Shown here in pieces: positions 35,674-47,905 of a DNA stretch of 64,000 nucleotides. Location: NCBI GenBank assembly GCA_965113315.1, contig OZ220369.1; one strand, 5' to 3'. The notes under the pieces were generated by a model. The model made no database searches, had not been told where the DNA came from, and was given only the letters and a program-made list of their open reading frames with translations. Position 1 is the stretch's first letter; each line of letters begins with the position of its first letter. A program made the translations under genes and the position numbers. The DNA comes from Podarcis vaucheri. Lineage: Eukaryota.

Positions 35674-37255
35674 ACAATACTATCAAACACTTTGAATAAC
35701 TAATTTGGAAACTGTACAATGAGAGGAGGGGGAATTTAATGTGGTGTCACACAAGTTGCGATTTAAACATAGAACATAAGATAACTGCGGCTGCTGTGAT
35801 TCTGAACTTTTTTTTAAAAAAAAAAGCTATATGAAAAGGCATATTCAAAGATTTTCCTGCCGTTCTGAATCACTGTGTCATGTACTCTCCCGAGGATTCT
35901 GCACCGTACAAGGTGGAACCTCTTTAAAAATGGCGTCAGCGTTATAGCATGAGACGCCAGGTAATTTGTAATTGCAAGTGACTTAGAAAAGTCACAGGGG
36001 ACTTTATCCAATTCAGTAATTATTCCTTTCTACTGAGCCCTGGTCTTTCACTGTTTCAGATCAGTAGGGGTTGGCCTTGTAGATAATACTTTGCGGTAAC
36101 TTAATTATATCAGATTCAATTCCTGATAAAGGCGCTGTCTTATGCTTTCAAACAGGGACATTGCAAATACACAAACAATTATAAAAAAGTTACATTATTA
36201 GATTGAGAAGTTATTAGGTTCCCACCACCTCTATTTATGCAGGAATCCTATAACTGTGTATTTTAAGTAAGCCCCTCTGAAATCAGCGGGACTTTGCTGC
36301 ATAGGTATGTATAGAATTGCACGGTTGATCAGAAATGTGGTGAATTAGAGACTGCTCGTGAAAAGATTTGCATGTGCTCTTTTGAAATCAAGTAGGGCTG
36401 TTGGTTTTAATTCCTCTCATTAAGCATTTGTTTTCATTTCATTTCAGCCAGTCATCCTTATCAGCTGAGTCCATTACCATTTGATACCCAAACCAGAGGA
36501 GTTTTTGTTTTATTTTTAAATCTGCATTCTGTCAAGATCCAGTTGCTTCTAATTTATTGCAATGAACCCTGGGCAACAAGATCCTCAAGGTTTCCTCTCC
36601 TAATGCACACCACCTGGTTTCTGTTAGGCTTAAGGTAGACAAGGACATTAGGTCATGTCACTCTGCACGTTGTAAAAACAACCATTTTAGAAGGTGGCAG
36701 ACTTGCATGTGAAGTGAAACAAAAGCTTCCACTGTGCCTTGACACCCTAGAAGTTCCACAGGGTTTCAATTAAATACAGATTGAATAAATAGGTATTCCT
36801 GTGACTTGGGTTTTAACTTCTCTCTTTCTTCATCATGCCATGAAAAATTCCAGGACTGGAGGAGGGGGATAAACTCTTTTTTTTTTTTAAGAGAAAGAAT
36901 GAGAAACCTTTCTGTATGGACCCAGGAGACAAGAAGCCAAAAATATAGCTGGTTATGTCAAATCAGCATAAAATACGTATGCCAGAGAATTTGAAAGATC
37001 AGTAGCAAGCCTAAAAAATATATATAAAACTATTACGGATGGACAGGTGTCACTCTGTTTCCTATTTATGTCCATTTTGCATAGCTTGTTCATTCCATCC
37101 TCTTTCTGCATTAATCTGCTTTTTTTTTTAAAAAAAAAAAAAGGAATTTCATATGAAAGTTTGTATTTATAATTATTTTATCTCAAGGGACACATTTCCA
37201 GGCCTTCTTTACCCTGAAAAACACATAGTGTGTTCTCCAATAAATGAGAGCACGT

Positions 37256-38057
37256 GTTGCGGTGTGGGCCACTGGGCCAGCCCTCTTGTTGCCAGGCAGG
37301 TTAATAGTTGTTGCCTGGCATTGTGATTGGATAACCGGGTTGCTGGGGGAAATTGTATGTTGCAAATTGGGTGGGTGGGACCATAGTCTTTAAATATTGG
37401 TGCACTCTGGTTTCTCTTTCTCTTTGCAGAGTGCATCGGATCACCCGCCCGCCCTCTTTTCCGGTTGACCTTGCTTTGCCTGTCATGGGGTCGTCTGCCT
37501 TGGCACAGGGGCCTAGTAGGAATTTTGCCATTTGGTGATTGGCTGGGCCATTTGGTTTTTGCCTACTACTCAGCAATTTGTCACAACTTGTAAGCTTGCG
37601 GTTAGGCATTGGTTATAATATGCTGGTGGTGGAGGGGTCAGGATACGCTGTGCCTGCCCCTCCTATTGCGCTGAAGGGAATTCCGTTAAAGGAATCCTGG
37701 GGCTTGCCATGATTTCATCCTATCCCTGTCATGGGATCAGGGCCGTCCAATCCCTGTCATGGGACCAGGGCCAGCAAGCCTTCGGGGAGCTGCTGGGGTG
37801 AGCGGCGTGGGTCTGACGCTTAGCTCAAATGACCCCCAAGTTTGACTTTCCCTTCTACTGGTTACTGATCAGACCTCGGGATGTCAGTTCTGTCCCGGGC
37901 GGGGGGACAGATAGTCATAACCAATGTCTAAACAACCACTCACTGATTTTGTATTTTAATAAAGTTGTGGCCAAAATAGTGCCCAAAAACCAAAACTAAA
38001 ATTACGTGTTATGTGTGAAGTTATTTGAGGGGTGGCCTGGGGACCTACACACGCAAC
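37256..38057 (+). mobile_element. Structured LTR-like dispersed repeat, copy 2
   Basis: GTTGCG...CGCAAC ends, AATAAAGTTGTGGCC ~37958, blocks shared with copy 1; no TSD. Confidence 0.6.
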
Positions 38058-41000
38058 TTGTAATGCATTTCTCTACATAATTTGAGCCAAGAACTTTATC
38101 ACAAATTTCAGACAAAAGCAAAAATTTGAAAAGATGAGTATGTCCTGACCCACTCACTGCTCCAGGAAGTTCTGTTCAGACTATTTCTCATTAGAAATTA
38201 AAACTGTATAAAAGCTTCAGCTGGTCCAAAATGATGTGTACAGACTGCTGACTGGGACCAGTTACAGAGAACACTTTACTCCTCTTTAAAAACAAACAAA
38301 CAAACAAACAAACTTCATTGTCTACTAGGCCACTTCCTAAATCCAGAGATTCCCTATGCAATCCATGTAGCTAGTGTTCCTGTTTGCGTTTTCAAAGGAC
38401 GGGGACTCTCTGGGTTTAAGAAGATAAGTAGTGAAGGAGAACACCACATAAACGAGGAGGAATTAAAGGAGTCACAAGGGGTACACAACCCCCATTAAGC
38501 TTAGGTATGGATGAGCCTTTAGTCAAGAATATTAGTGAGACACTTGGGAAGTGTCAGTTCATACTGGCATTTGCAAGCACGTCTAGTTTTAAGAGTTACT
38601 GCTTTAAAGGCTTATAAAGACCTTGTCTCAAAGTACATCCATTTTTAAATTACTGAAAGAAAACAAAATGTGCATCATTGTTATTTTTGCTATTTATCAT
38701 TTGCCAGCTATGTGATGCTGACAATCCCTTTTGAATTTTAAGGATTAAGAATGCCAGAGGGCATTACATTAACATTATGTCTGGGTTCCCTCTCCGCCTA
38801 CTCTTGTCAAAACAAAAAAACTGAGAAATCTGTCACAGAGAGATAGAAAAATTGAAGAAATCTAATTAGTGCTATATGTTTGGAAACTATTGCCAACAAA
38901 ATCTGTTGGTTTAAGTCATATTATGGAACAAAGACGTTTATATTGTTTAATTATGATTAGATCCTGAGTTGGGAATATTCCAGTCTGCTCCTCATATTAC
39001 CAAAAACATAATTTCCACAATCTTGAGAAACATCTCTTGTTCTTGCCATGATAGACGTGAATATTATAATTCTATTATTTTTAATGTATTTTCAGATGTG
39101 TGACTGCTACAAAGGCTCAAATAAAGTATTATCCCCTGGACAATAGACGATATGCTGCAAGAGCCAATGGAAGAAAATGAATTTCATTAGAATAATCACA
39201 ATATAAAGGACTCAGCTTCATGCCCCGTGACAGTCATTTTCTCTCAATGGGGAATCCTCTTCGTATTGACTTTTCTGATAAGTAAAGTCTGCTGCAACTT
39301 TTCCACGTATTGCAAAAGGATTGCAGGGAGGGTTTCTGTGAGGGGTGAATCCATTGCTGCAGGCTACACAGCCTGCAAATTTCACCCACTTCTTTCATGA
39401 AGAAAAAAAAAGTTATAGCCATTAAAAAGAAATCCCAGTAGGTGAGGGAAACAAAGGAAATTCAAATTGCTAAACTGAATTGTGCAGCCTCTGAATTGGT
39501 CAAAGCTGAACTGGACTGTTTTCCAAAGCACTTAATCAGGTGGGGCAAAGCAAATCCTGTAGTCAGTGCACACTCCTGCCACATACAATCTTCTATGTGA
39601 CAATAGAAGGTGGTGCTTCTTCCCCAGTCCCTATTCTGACTGCGCCAAAGAGATTATTGAACCTTCATTTGCCATAGGGCTAAAGCAGGATGGGGTATCA
39701 GATCCAAATAATAGTTTCTCTGTGCAATTTAGATTTGCACCTGAAATCCAGCAGGGAATAAACATAACCCCCTGTGTCCAGTAGGGCTGATTGATATATT
39801 GAGACATTGTCCAAAATCGGTTTGAAGTCCACATCATGGTAACGGGTTCATAATATTCAACATGGCGATATATCATGAATCACAATGTTTGTGTGTCCTA
39901 TGTAAAAGAAATAACGACGTGGGGAAAACCATGAAGCTGGTTGTCACTTCTCTCGTGATTGCTGCTGCTCCTGTTGCTCTGTACTGTAGAATAACAGTTG
40001 TAAGAATATGTTATAATGGAAAAATTACAGCAAACATTGTATTCTATCCCAGATAACTTTAGCAATTCTCCCCATTTAACCAAAATTCAGAAAGTAAATC
40101 TACTTGCCAGGTTGGATGGAGCTGCTATCTTCCTGACTTTTGGGTAGCTTTTGGTTACTGGACGGGGGGTGGGGTGGAGTAGATAGCGGGGAGGTTGGCA
40201 CAGTACAGACACACCAGTGATATTCATCTAATTTGAATTCCAGTGTGAATAACATCTTCCAGTCTACTATGAAGAACATAATTATTTTTCAAATTTCACT
40301 GATGTGTCAAAAATGCATATTTTAGAATTAAATATAAATGTTCATGCAGGTTTTTAAAATAAAAAAATGCAGCAGAAATAGGACAAAACAAATGCATAAG
40401 AACATGCATGAAATAGATGCAAGCTCAGGAAACAGACTGAGATGTTCCTGCTTAACTAGAGTAGGAAGACAAAATTAAAGCCCAGGATGAAGTAGGTTAC
40501 CATAAAGGAGATTAAGTGCCATATGCAAGTCTTCTCTGTTCATTTCGTTCGAGAGTTAGCATGTCTCTAAATGAAGCTTTCTAGATGTTTATGTTGGTTT
40601 TCAAACTGTTTATGAAACCCCAGCCTTGAAGGTTTACAGATGGAACAGTAAAACTTCGCAGTGGTGTTGGCCTTTCGTTTGCTTTTCTTCAACATCCACT
40701 TTCCCTCCCCCAGTTGCCTTTAAAACACCAATCTGGGCCAAGAATTGGGAAGCCATTTATTATTGTGCTTGCTGCCAAATAGTTTCAGCATGAAAATAAG
40801 CCCTGTCATGGCCAAAGATAATACCAGGCCTCCTCCAGGTACAACTGGCCACACTTATTAAAACAAAGCCAGGCTTTAGCTTGGAATCTGATGAAAAAGA
40901 ACACCAGGTGTCCGTTACTTAGTTTTATCGGGGTGGGGGATATGAATGCCCTAACAAATAATCTGTCCTCAGCATGGGGATCAAGTTCTTGCTTCATCCT

Positions 41001-43027
41001 TCTCTTTCCCTTCTGTTGTGAAGACGGCCGACCTGACCACACACAGCTTCACTGCGCAACTATTGGAGTGTGTGCACGTGTACACATGTGCTCACACGTG
41101 ATAGATGCTGCCAGATCAGCATCATGTTAAGAATGATCCTGTCATTTTAACTGATTCTCAGTTCGTTTCTGAGCTCAGGTCAAGGGGCTGGCTGGGACCT
41201 TTGAAGCCCTAAATGGTCTGGGACAATATCATATCAGGAATCACATTCCCTTCCCAGCACCGCCATGGGAACCCTTGTTGAACTATATGAAATAGTGGGC
41301 CATCAGGAGAGGAGGCGTGGCTTGGGGGTAGTTATGAAGGCCTGGAGAGGAACATTGGGCATCCCGGCCTGAGGTTTCCCAACTTTGTTCTAAAAGCATT
41401 GCTTTATTACATACGGCCAATCAGGGGAGCATGAATGGCAAATCCTAACCAACATATGTTAGGCTTTTGAAAGGCCTCCTTGAATTACTTAAATGTAGCT
41501 GAATTTTATGATCCTAGTATTTGGTATTTGGTATTTTGCATGGTTGTTTGCTACAAGCTTTTTAATGAAAGGCTTTTCGGAGGACAAATAAAGAGAAGGC
41601 GGGAGGCAGGGAGGGTTCGTTCCTCTAACAACCTTGCCATTGGAACAGGCCTTTGGGGTAGACATCCAGGGCTCCATGAAGCAGAATGAGGAGGGCTGAC
41701 TGACCACATCTGTACACCAGATTTGGCCAAAGCCTTGGCCCATAAGTAAAGTGTACCAAAATGGACAGATCTGATAAGCAGCTGGATTGGGTTGAGACAG
41801 CTCTGGGTTGCCCTGGGTTGGTTCATCCCCTTTTGCAGTGAATGGAGGCTGTCGAAAGGTGGGGTGGTTGGGTGCAGGGGGAGAAAGAAGAGCAGGTAGC
41901 AACCTTTGCAGTGAGAAGCACAAAGTTGTTGTTTTAGTTTTGCAAAAGGGCTTTCAAACAGCCCCACATTGCAATTTGGCTATGCGTGCCTGTTCCCAGC
42001 ACCACTGATACCCAGCTCTGTGGTCCCCCCCCACCCTTTTCCTCAGATGCAACAAATGGGCACATTAGTTTCACTCAAGCATATCTTATATTTTGTTACC
42101 TAAAAGCACCACTTATGCTTTGAAGCTGTTCTTCAACTGTTTTGCGGGCTTTTATTGCTGGTTCTCCTAAGCAGATAAAACAAGGCAACATTACGTGGGT
42201 ATCTACTGTTGAAGGAAAGAGACATGAAAAGGTCATTGTCTTGTGTGGTATTCAGTTCTTTAAACGTGCAATTTCTTTTATTTTTAAAGAGGAAAGCTGC
42301 CATCTACTCCATAGCAGAGATTTGATTTGTTGCTGCTGCTGTTCTTTTTAAACGTGCTCCTATCTGCCACCACAACAATAGCAGTTCCAGTGAACTAAGT
42401 GGTGGGCTCCAAATCCCATGTGAAAGATCAACAAGATACCACTTAATATATAAAAAAATATCTCTAAGCGGTGTACAAAAAACTGAAGCAACAACAGACA
42501 ACTTAAACAGAATATTGCAAAAAAATGCAGTTACATATAAAAACAAAAACGTAACACCAGTTTTTTTCAAGGTCCTGCTTCAAATGCAGATGAAGTGAAA
42601 GTAAAATTGCAGATCCCTTCCCATATTTTGACTTGGGTATGAAATAAGTTACATTATCAGCTTCTACCAGAAACTCTTTTGAGGTTCTGTTCATTTAGGA
42701 TTTGTGTTCTACACTGGAAGCCAGTGCAAAGGGTACCTAAGAATGCTAATGCTATGGCTTGGTAATATGTAAAAGCAATACTTGTGCCTAGTAATGACTC
42801 TGTTAGAAGAACACAATGAATCTTGTAACAGTAACTTAAGGATAACCAAGTCAGGAAAAAGCATCAGTGTCAATTCATCTGAGAGTGTTTGGATAGAATC
42901 CAAATAATATGCTTTTAAAAGGGGAGCTTATAGTAAGAATAGGTATTTGTATTCCACATGCATCTCAGACTCTGGGGAACAGATTACTAATTGGTTTAAA
43001 TAATGATTGACATCATTAAGGTAATAA

Positions 43028-43220
43028 TAGGTCTGGAAACCAAGCCTTATGAGAAATGGTTGTGGGAGCTGGGTATGTTTAGCCTAGAGAAGAGAAGACT
43101 GAGAAGTGATATGATCTCCATCGTCTAAAAGCTGAAGGACTGTCACATGGAAGATGGAGCAAGCTTGTTTTCTCGTGCATAGGACCCGCACCAATGGATT
43201 CAAATTCTAACTAAACATTG
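43028..43220 (+). mobile_element. CR1 fragment, decayed
   Basis: ggtctggaaaccaagccttatgag...tttagcctagagaagagaagactgag, homologous to 12756-12989. Confidence 0.75.
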
Positions 43221-43491
43221 AGGAGATTCCCCATGAGTTTGTGGATTTCTTTTTCTTCCTTTCTTTTTAAGTCCTCGTGAAAATTAATCAACAGATCAGG
43301 ATAAAAGCATTCCTTAATTCTTATGTGGACAAAAGTGCACATTTTTGTATGCAAATTTGACTAATATACACATGTTTGCAAAGCAATGTTCCCTAACAGA
43401 ATGCTTTTCATATGTTATTTTCACTAATATATGCATTTTTATGCACATTTTACTGTAGTACATGCATTTTGTGCATACTACTTGGTTGGGG

Positions 43492-43848
43492 GGGATGTGG
43501 GTGGTGCTGTGGGTTAAACCACAGAGCCTAGGGCTTGCCGATCAGAAGGTTGGCAGTTCGAATCCCCACGACGGGGTGAGCTCCCATTTCTCAGTCCCTG
43601 CTCCTGCCAACTTAGTAGTTTGAAAGCATGTCAAAATACGAGTAGATAATTAGGTACCGCTCCGGTGGGAAGGTAAACAGCGTTTCCGTACGCTGCTCTG
43701 GTTCGCCAGAAGCGGCTTAGTCATGCTGGCCATATGACCCGGAAGATGTATGCCGGCTCCCTCAGCCAATAAAGCGAGATGAGCACCGCAACCCTAGAGT
43801 CGGCCACGACTGGACCTAATGGTCAGGGGTCCCTTTACCTTTACCTTT
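43492..43848 (+). mobile_element. Sauria SINE, full length, nested in the AT-rich MITE
   Basis: (ACCTTT)n tail; TSD tacttggttgggg (43479-91, 43849-61). Confidence 0.92.
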
Positions 43849-45297
43849 TACTTGGTTGGGGAGCAGCATTGCAAAATTCAGAGAAATGCTAATTTTGAAG
43901 GATGGCTATGTTTCAGAAATTGCAAAACCGGTAGGTGCACCTTTAAATGTAAAGTGAATCAAATTTCTCCCTCGTCCCTACTAATGGATCCATCCATCCC
44001 AAGCAACACGTTAGCTATGCACGTCTTAAAGAAAACGCAGAGAGCAATGTTCCTCTATAGGATGGAGAAATATCACCAGTGTAGAATTTGTTCTACAACT
44101 GGATTTAGTTTTTATAATGCTATAGCTATAAAATGTCCTCTTTCAAAGGGGGGCTGGGGGGCTGCAGAGATTGCAGTTGTAATGGTATATTGAGAATGGA
44201 TTCATTTTGCAATGTTACCCTATCCTCATTAAATCATTGATTAATCTTTCCCACTTTCTGTTCTTTTTATGGTCTTTTGCAATAAAACGATCATCATCAT
44301 GAACTTTTAATTTGTATTATATCATGTAAGTTATGGTGCCACGCCACTGAGGTTTTACAGTTCAAGCTTCAGAATTATGACACACATACATTAAAGTTTT
44401 ATTTTGTCCTGCCATCTTAATTTGCTTATAAAGATAGGGGGTGCAAAAGAGCCCCTCGAGATAGATGCCATTTATGATCAAAAATGTCACTGTCGTATGC
44501 TGGATTTCTAATTCATTTCATAGAGTATTTTGTTCACCAAGGACTCAGCTAAATGCTTAACATTATTCCACCACTATTGCTACTTGCATGAAGAATAAAT
44601 TAAAATTTAAATTGCTGTTTTAGGTATTTTAGAATATGCAGACACTTAATAGATGGTCTTGTTTGGGGTTTTTTTTAAAAAAAAATACCTCAAATACCTT
44701 ACCATTCACTTGAAGAGGGAAGGGAGGCAGCTACAAATATTTAGGAATTACTGTTAGTTCCACACTGTCTGAATTGCTGCTCAGAAATCGTAATGATCTC
44801 ATACGTTTCTAATTAATAGCAAAATATGTGTTGCCATGTAATTTCCTCTGCCTTAAATTCCACCAGTTACATTGAAGGATTCTGTTCTGTTCTCTGTATG
44901 ATATCCAGTCCCCTGCCTGAGAGACCCCCCCCCCCAAGTGCTGCTGACAGCCAGTGTGCACAGTACTGAGTCAGATAGGCCAATGGTCTGATTCAGTATA
45001 AGGAAGCCTCCTATTTTCCTACGCTGTGGTCACATTGAATCTTCTGTTCTACCGTAAACAGGTGCCTTCTCTTCCATGTGTTGAAATACAGAGAATATAA
45101 AATATATCCCAAAGGATTGTTGGGGGGAAATAACAGCAAAAGGGTAATCAATAAATGCTGGCATGAAGATTAATGATTACCAGGTAATGAGGAGCAACAG
45201 TACAAGAGGGCTATATAGCCTTTATATCTTGCTTGTGGGCTTCATGGAGACATAATCAAAGCTTTACTACCTTCAGTTTTCGAAGGTCTCCCTAGAC

Positions 45298-45620
45298 CAG
45301 GGGTCAGCAAACCTTTCCAGCAGGGGGTCAGTCCACTGTCCCTCAGACCTTAGGGGGGGGCTGGACTATATTTGTTTTTTGGGGGGTGAACAAATTCCTA
45401 TGCCCCGCAAATAACCCAGAGATGCATTTTTAATAAAAGGACACATTCTACTCATGTAAAAACACCAGGCAGGCCCCACAAATAACCCAGAGATGCATTT
45501 TTAATAAAAGGACACATTCTACTCATGTAAAAACATGCTGATACCCGGACCATCCATGGGCCGGATTGAGAAAGCGATTGGGCAGCATCCAGCCCCTGGG
45601 TCTTAATTTGCCTACCCATG
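45298..45620. mobile_element. hAT MITE resembling OposCharlie1/OC1 non-autonomous elements, with an internal ~70-bp tandem duplication
   Basis: TIR CAGGGGTCAGCAAA / TTTGCCTACCCATG; TSD ccctagac / ccctagaa; duplicated aaataacccagagatgcatttttaataaaaggacacattctactcatgtaaaaaca; OC1 assignment from memory. Confidence 0.75.
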
Positions 45621-46286
45621 CCCTAGAACAACTCCATCCATCTCCCCTTGCTGGTCCTTAAAACTGAAACTGCAGACATGTCACCAGCTTCTATCTTTTT
45701 TTTAAGGTCACTACCAGGAAAATAACCATAGCATGACATAATAGGCATGTCACAGCAGAGGAAAGTCTTCCCAAGTTCCAGGGTTAAAGGATGCTATCAC
45801 CAAATCTGTATCATTCTGTGTTGTCAGAAGTAGACAAGGGAGCTGACCGGGAGTAGGCATCAGCTGCTGAAGAATCCATGAAGTCTCCCCCTCCTGCTGC
45901 AATTAACTCTCCTCCCCCCTGGTTTCCCAGAACACAGAGAGAAATGGAGAGGGTGGAGCAATGAGAGACAAAATGATGGAGCCTAGGACTGCAGGGATGC
46001 ATCACATTAGCAGCTTGAAACACAGTGGGGTCATTTCCCCCACAATGCATTTCAAGCTGTGTTTGTATGATGTTGTTCACATCAGAGTAAGGGCAGATAA
46101 TTATTCAGCCAATGCACATAATGTTTTGGGTTTTTCTGACCCTGGACACACACACACTCATGTGCCTCCACGCTCATCTGCACATGCAGATGACCTGTCA
46201 GGACATTTTCACATCACTGTACTCCACATCTGGTTTTCTGGTCACTCTGAAGCGGCTTTGAGAAAAGAATGTGTCAGAAAGCAGTA

Positions 46287-46519
46287 CAGTGGTACCACGG
46301 GTTAAGTACTTAATTCGTTCTGGAGGTCCATTCTTAACCTGAAACTGTTCTTAACCTGAAGCACCACTTTAGCCTCCCGCTGCCGCCGCACCGCCGGAGC
46401 ACGATTTCTGTTCTCATCCTGAAGCAAAGTTCTTAACCCGAAGTACTATTTCTGGCTTAGCGAAGTATGTAACCTGAAGTGTCTGTAACCTGAAGCGTAT
46501 GTAACCCGAGGTACCACTG
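46287..46519. mobile_element. Same TA-target MITE family (opposite orientation)
   Basis: TA-CAGTGGTACC...GGTACCACTG-TA. Confidence 0.9.
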
Positions 46520-47729
46520 TATTTGTTAGGATTGATATGGAGTGTGGCTACATGTGAACACAGCTTAGAAAACCAGCAGCAGGAGGACACTGGATGTGGA
46601 GAAAACAGTAATGTGAACATACCTTAAAACTCACAAGCCTATTCATGTCGACTCAGAAGTAAGCCCCACAGAGTTAAATGGAAGTAAATGTACATAAGAC
46701 TTCACCTTTAATAAAAAGGTTTCATTGTCTTACAGCATGCTAAGAGAAAAGAAAATACATCAGCAGTGCCCAAGGTCGGCACAGGATAATGAAAGGTTTG
46801 CAGTGGCCAAAGATAATCAGCCACGGGGTGCTTTCAAGCTTGCTGTGTATTTTACCTCTAACTTACATTTTATTGAATGCATTTTTCAAGTGCTGTGTTT
46901 CTAACTGATCCTGTTGGGAGGAGGAGATGGACTGGCTATAAGCTTAACTACTACTACCACTACTTTTTAAAATTGAGGTTTAGAAATATTTACCCAAGTA
47001 ATTATAGCAAATTGGTACATAGAAGGGTTAGTCTCCTTTCATTTTGCTTGGAGGGCTTGGCTGAATTTGGGTCAGTGTTTTAGCCAAATCCTTCAAGGAA
47101 AATTAAAGCTGCAAGAGGTTTTTTTTATTATTGGGGGGTGGTGGTTAAGAATTGTAGCAAGGGGGCTTCTTTCTTTCTCCTGCTTTTCTCCAGCTTTTCT
47201 ATAATTTCGCTTCCTTTTTAATTCTTGCTAGAACTGGCTGGTTTAGTGTGTTATGTGTGTGTTTTCAGGAATAATTTCAAGAAAAGGAAGAAAATAGAAA
47301 AGAAAGGTAATAAGCTCCCCACAAAAACACAATAGTACAATCCATTTCCCAGAAAAGGGAATTGAAAATGCCCCTCTCCCAAGTCACCCCCTGCAAATGG
47401 GGTGGCAAATGGATGGCTAGCTGTTTCAGCCAACCCCAAACATTCTCCCTAATTGATTCCTCAGCTGTCTTTCTTGATATGAGGGGCAACCACCCAGAGA
47501 CTGTGTGCCAGTGAAGGGTGTGGCTAAAGTGGGTGTGGACACCAGCCTCTTAATCTTCCATTCCAGCCAGCTAAAATCACTAGAGGATGATGCAGAGCAA
47601 TGCCAACAAGAGATTTGGCATGGGTAGAGTCATGAAAGCCAGATAGAGAGGCCTGGTAGGCTGCAATCAGCCCACAGACTTAAGGGTCCCCATCCTAGTT
47701 TATATAGACAACCGTCTCCAATATTGTCC

Positions 47730-47905
47730 CATTTATTGTTGTATTTATTTCCCACCTTTCCAGCAAGGAGGGAAATATGCACCCCATATTCTCTCAGAAC
47801 AACCCTGTGATGTAGGAGAGGCTGAGAATCAGTTACTGGCCCAAGGTCGCATCCAGCAAGCTTCATGGCTGAGTGGGGATTTGATCCAAGGTCTCCTTTG
47901 TCCAT
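47730..47905 (-). mobile_element. Older Squam3-like SINE fragment
   Basis: aacaaccctgtga..ggctgaga..actggcccaaggtc..gcttcatggctgagtgggga matches the SINE body. Confidence 0.6.

Noticed and set aside
34245-38057. The two related repeats as paired LTRs of one provirus
   Set aside because: Too diverged from each other, each has its own self-complementary ends, and the spacer has SINEs and host-like DNA with no gag/pol.
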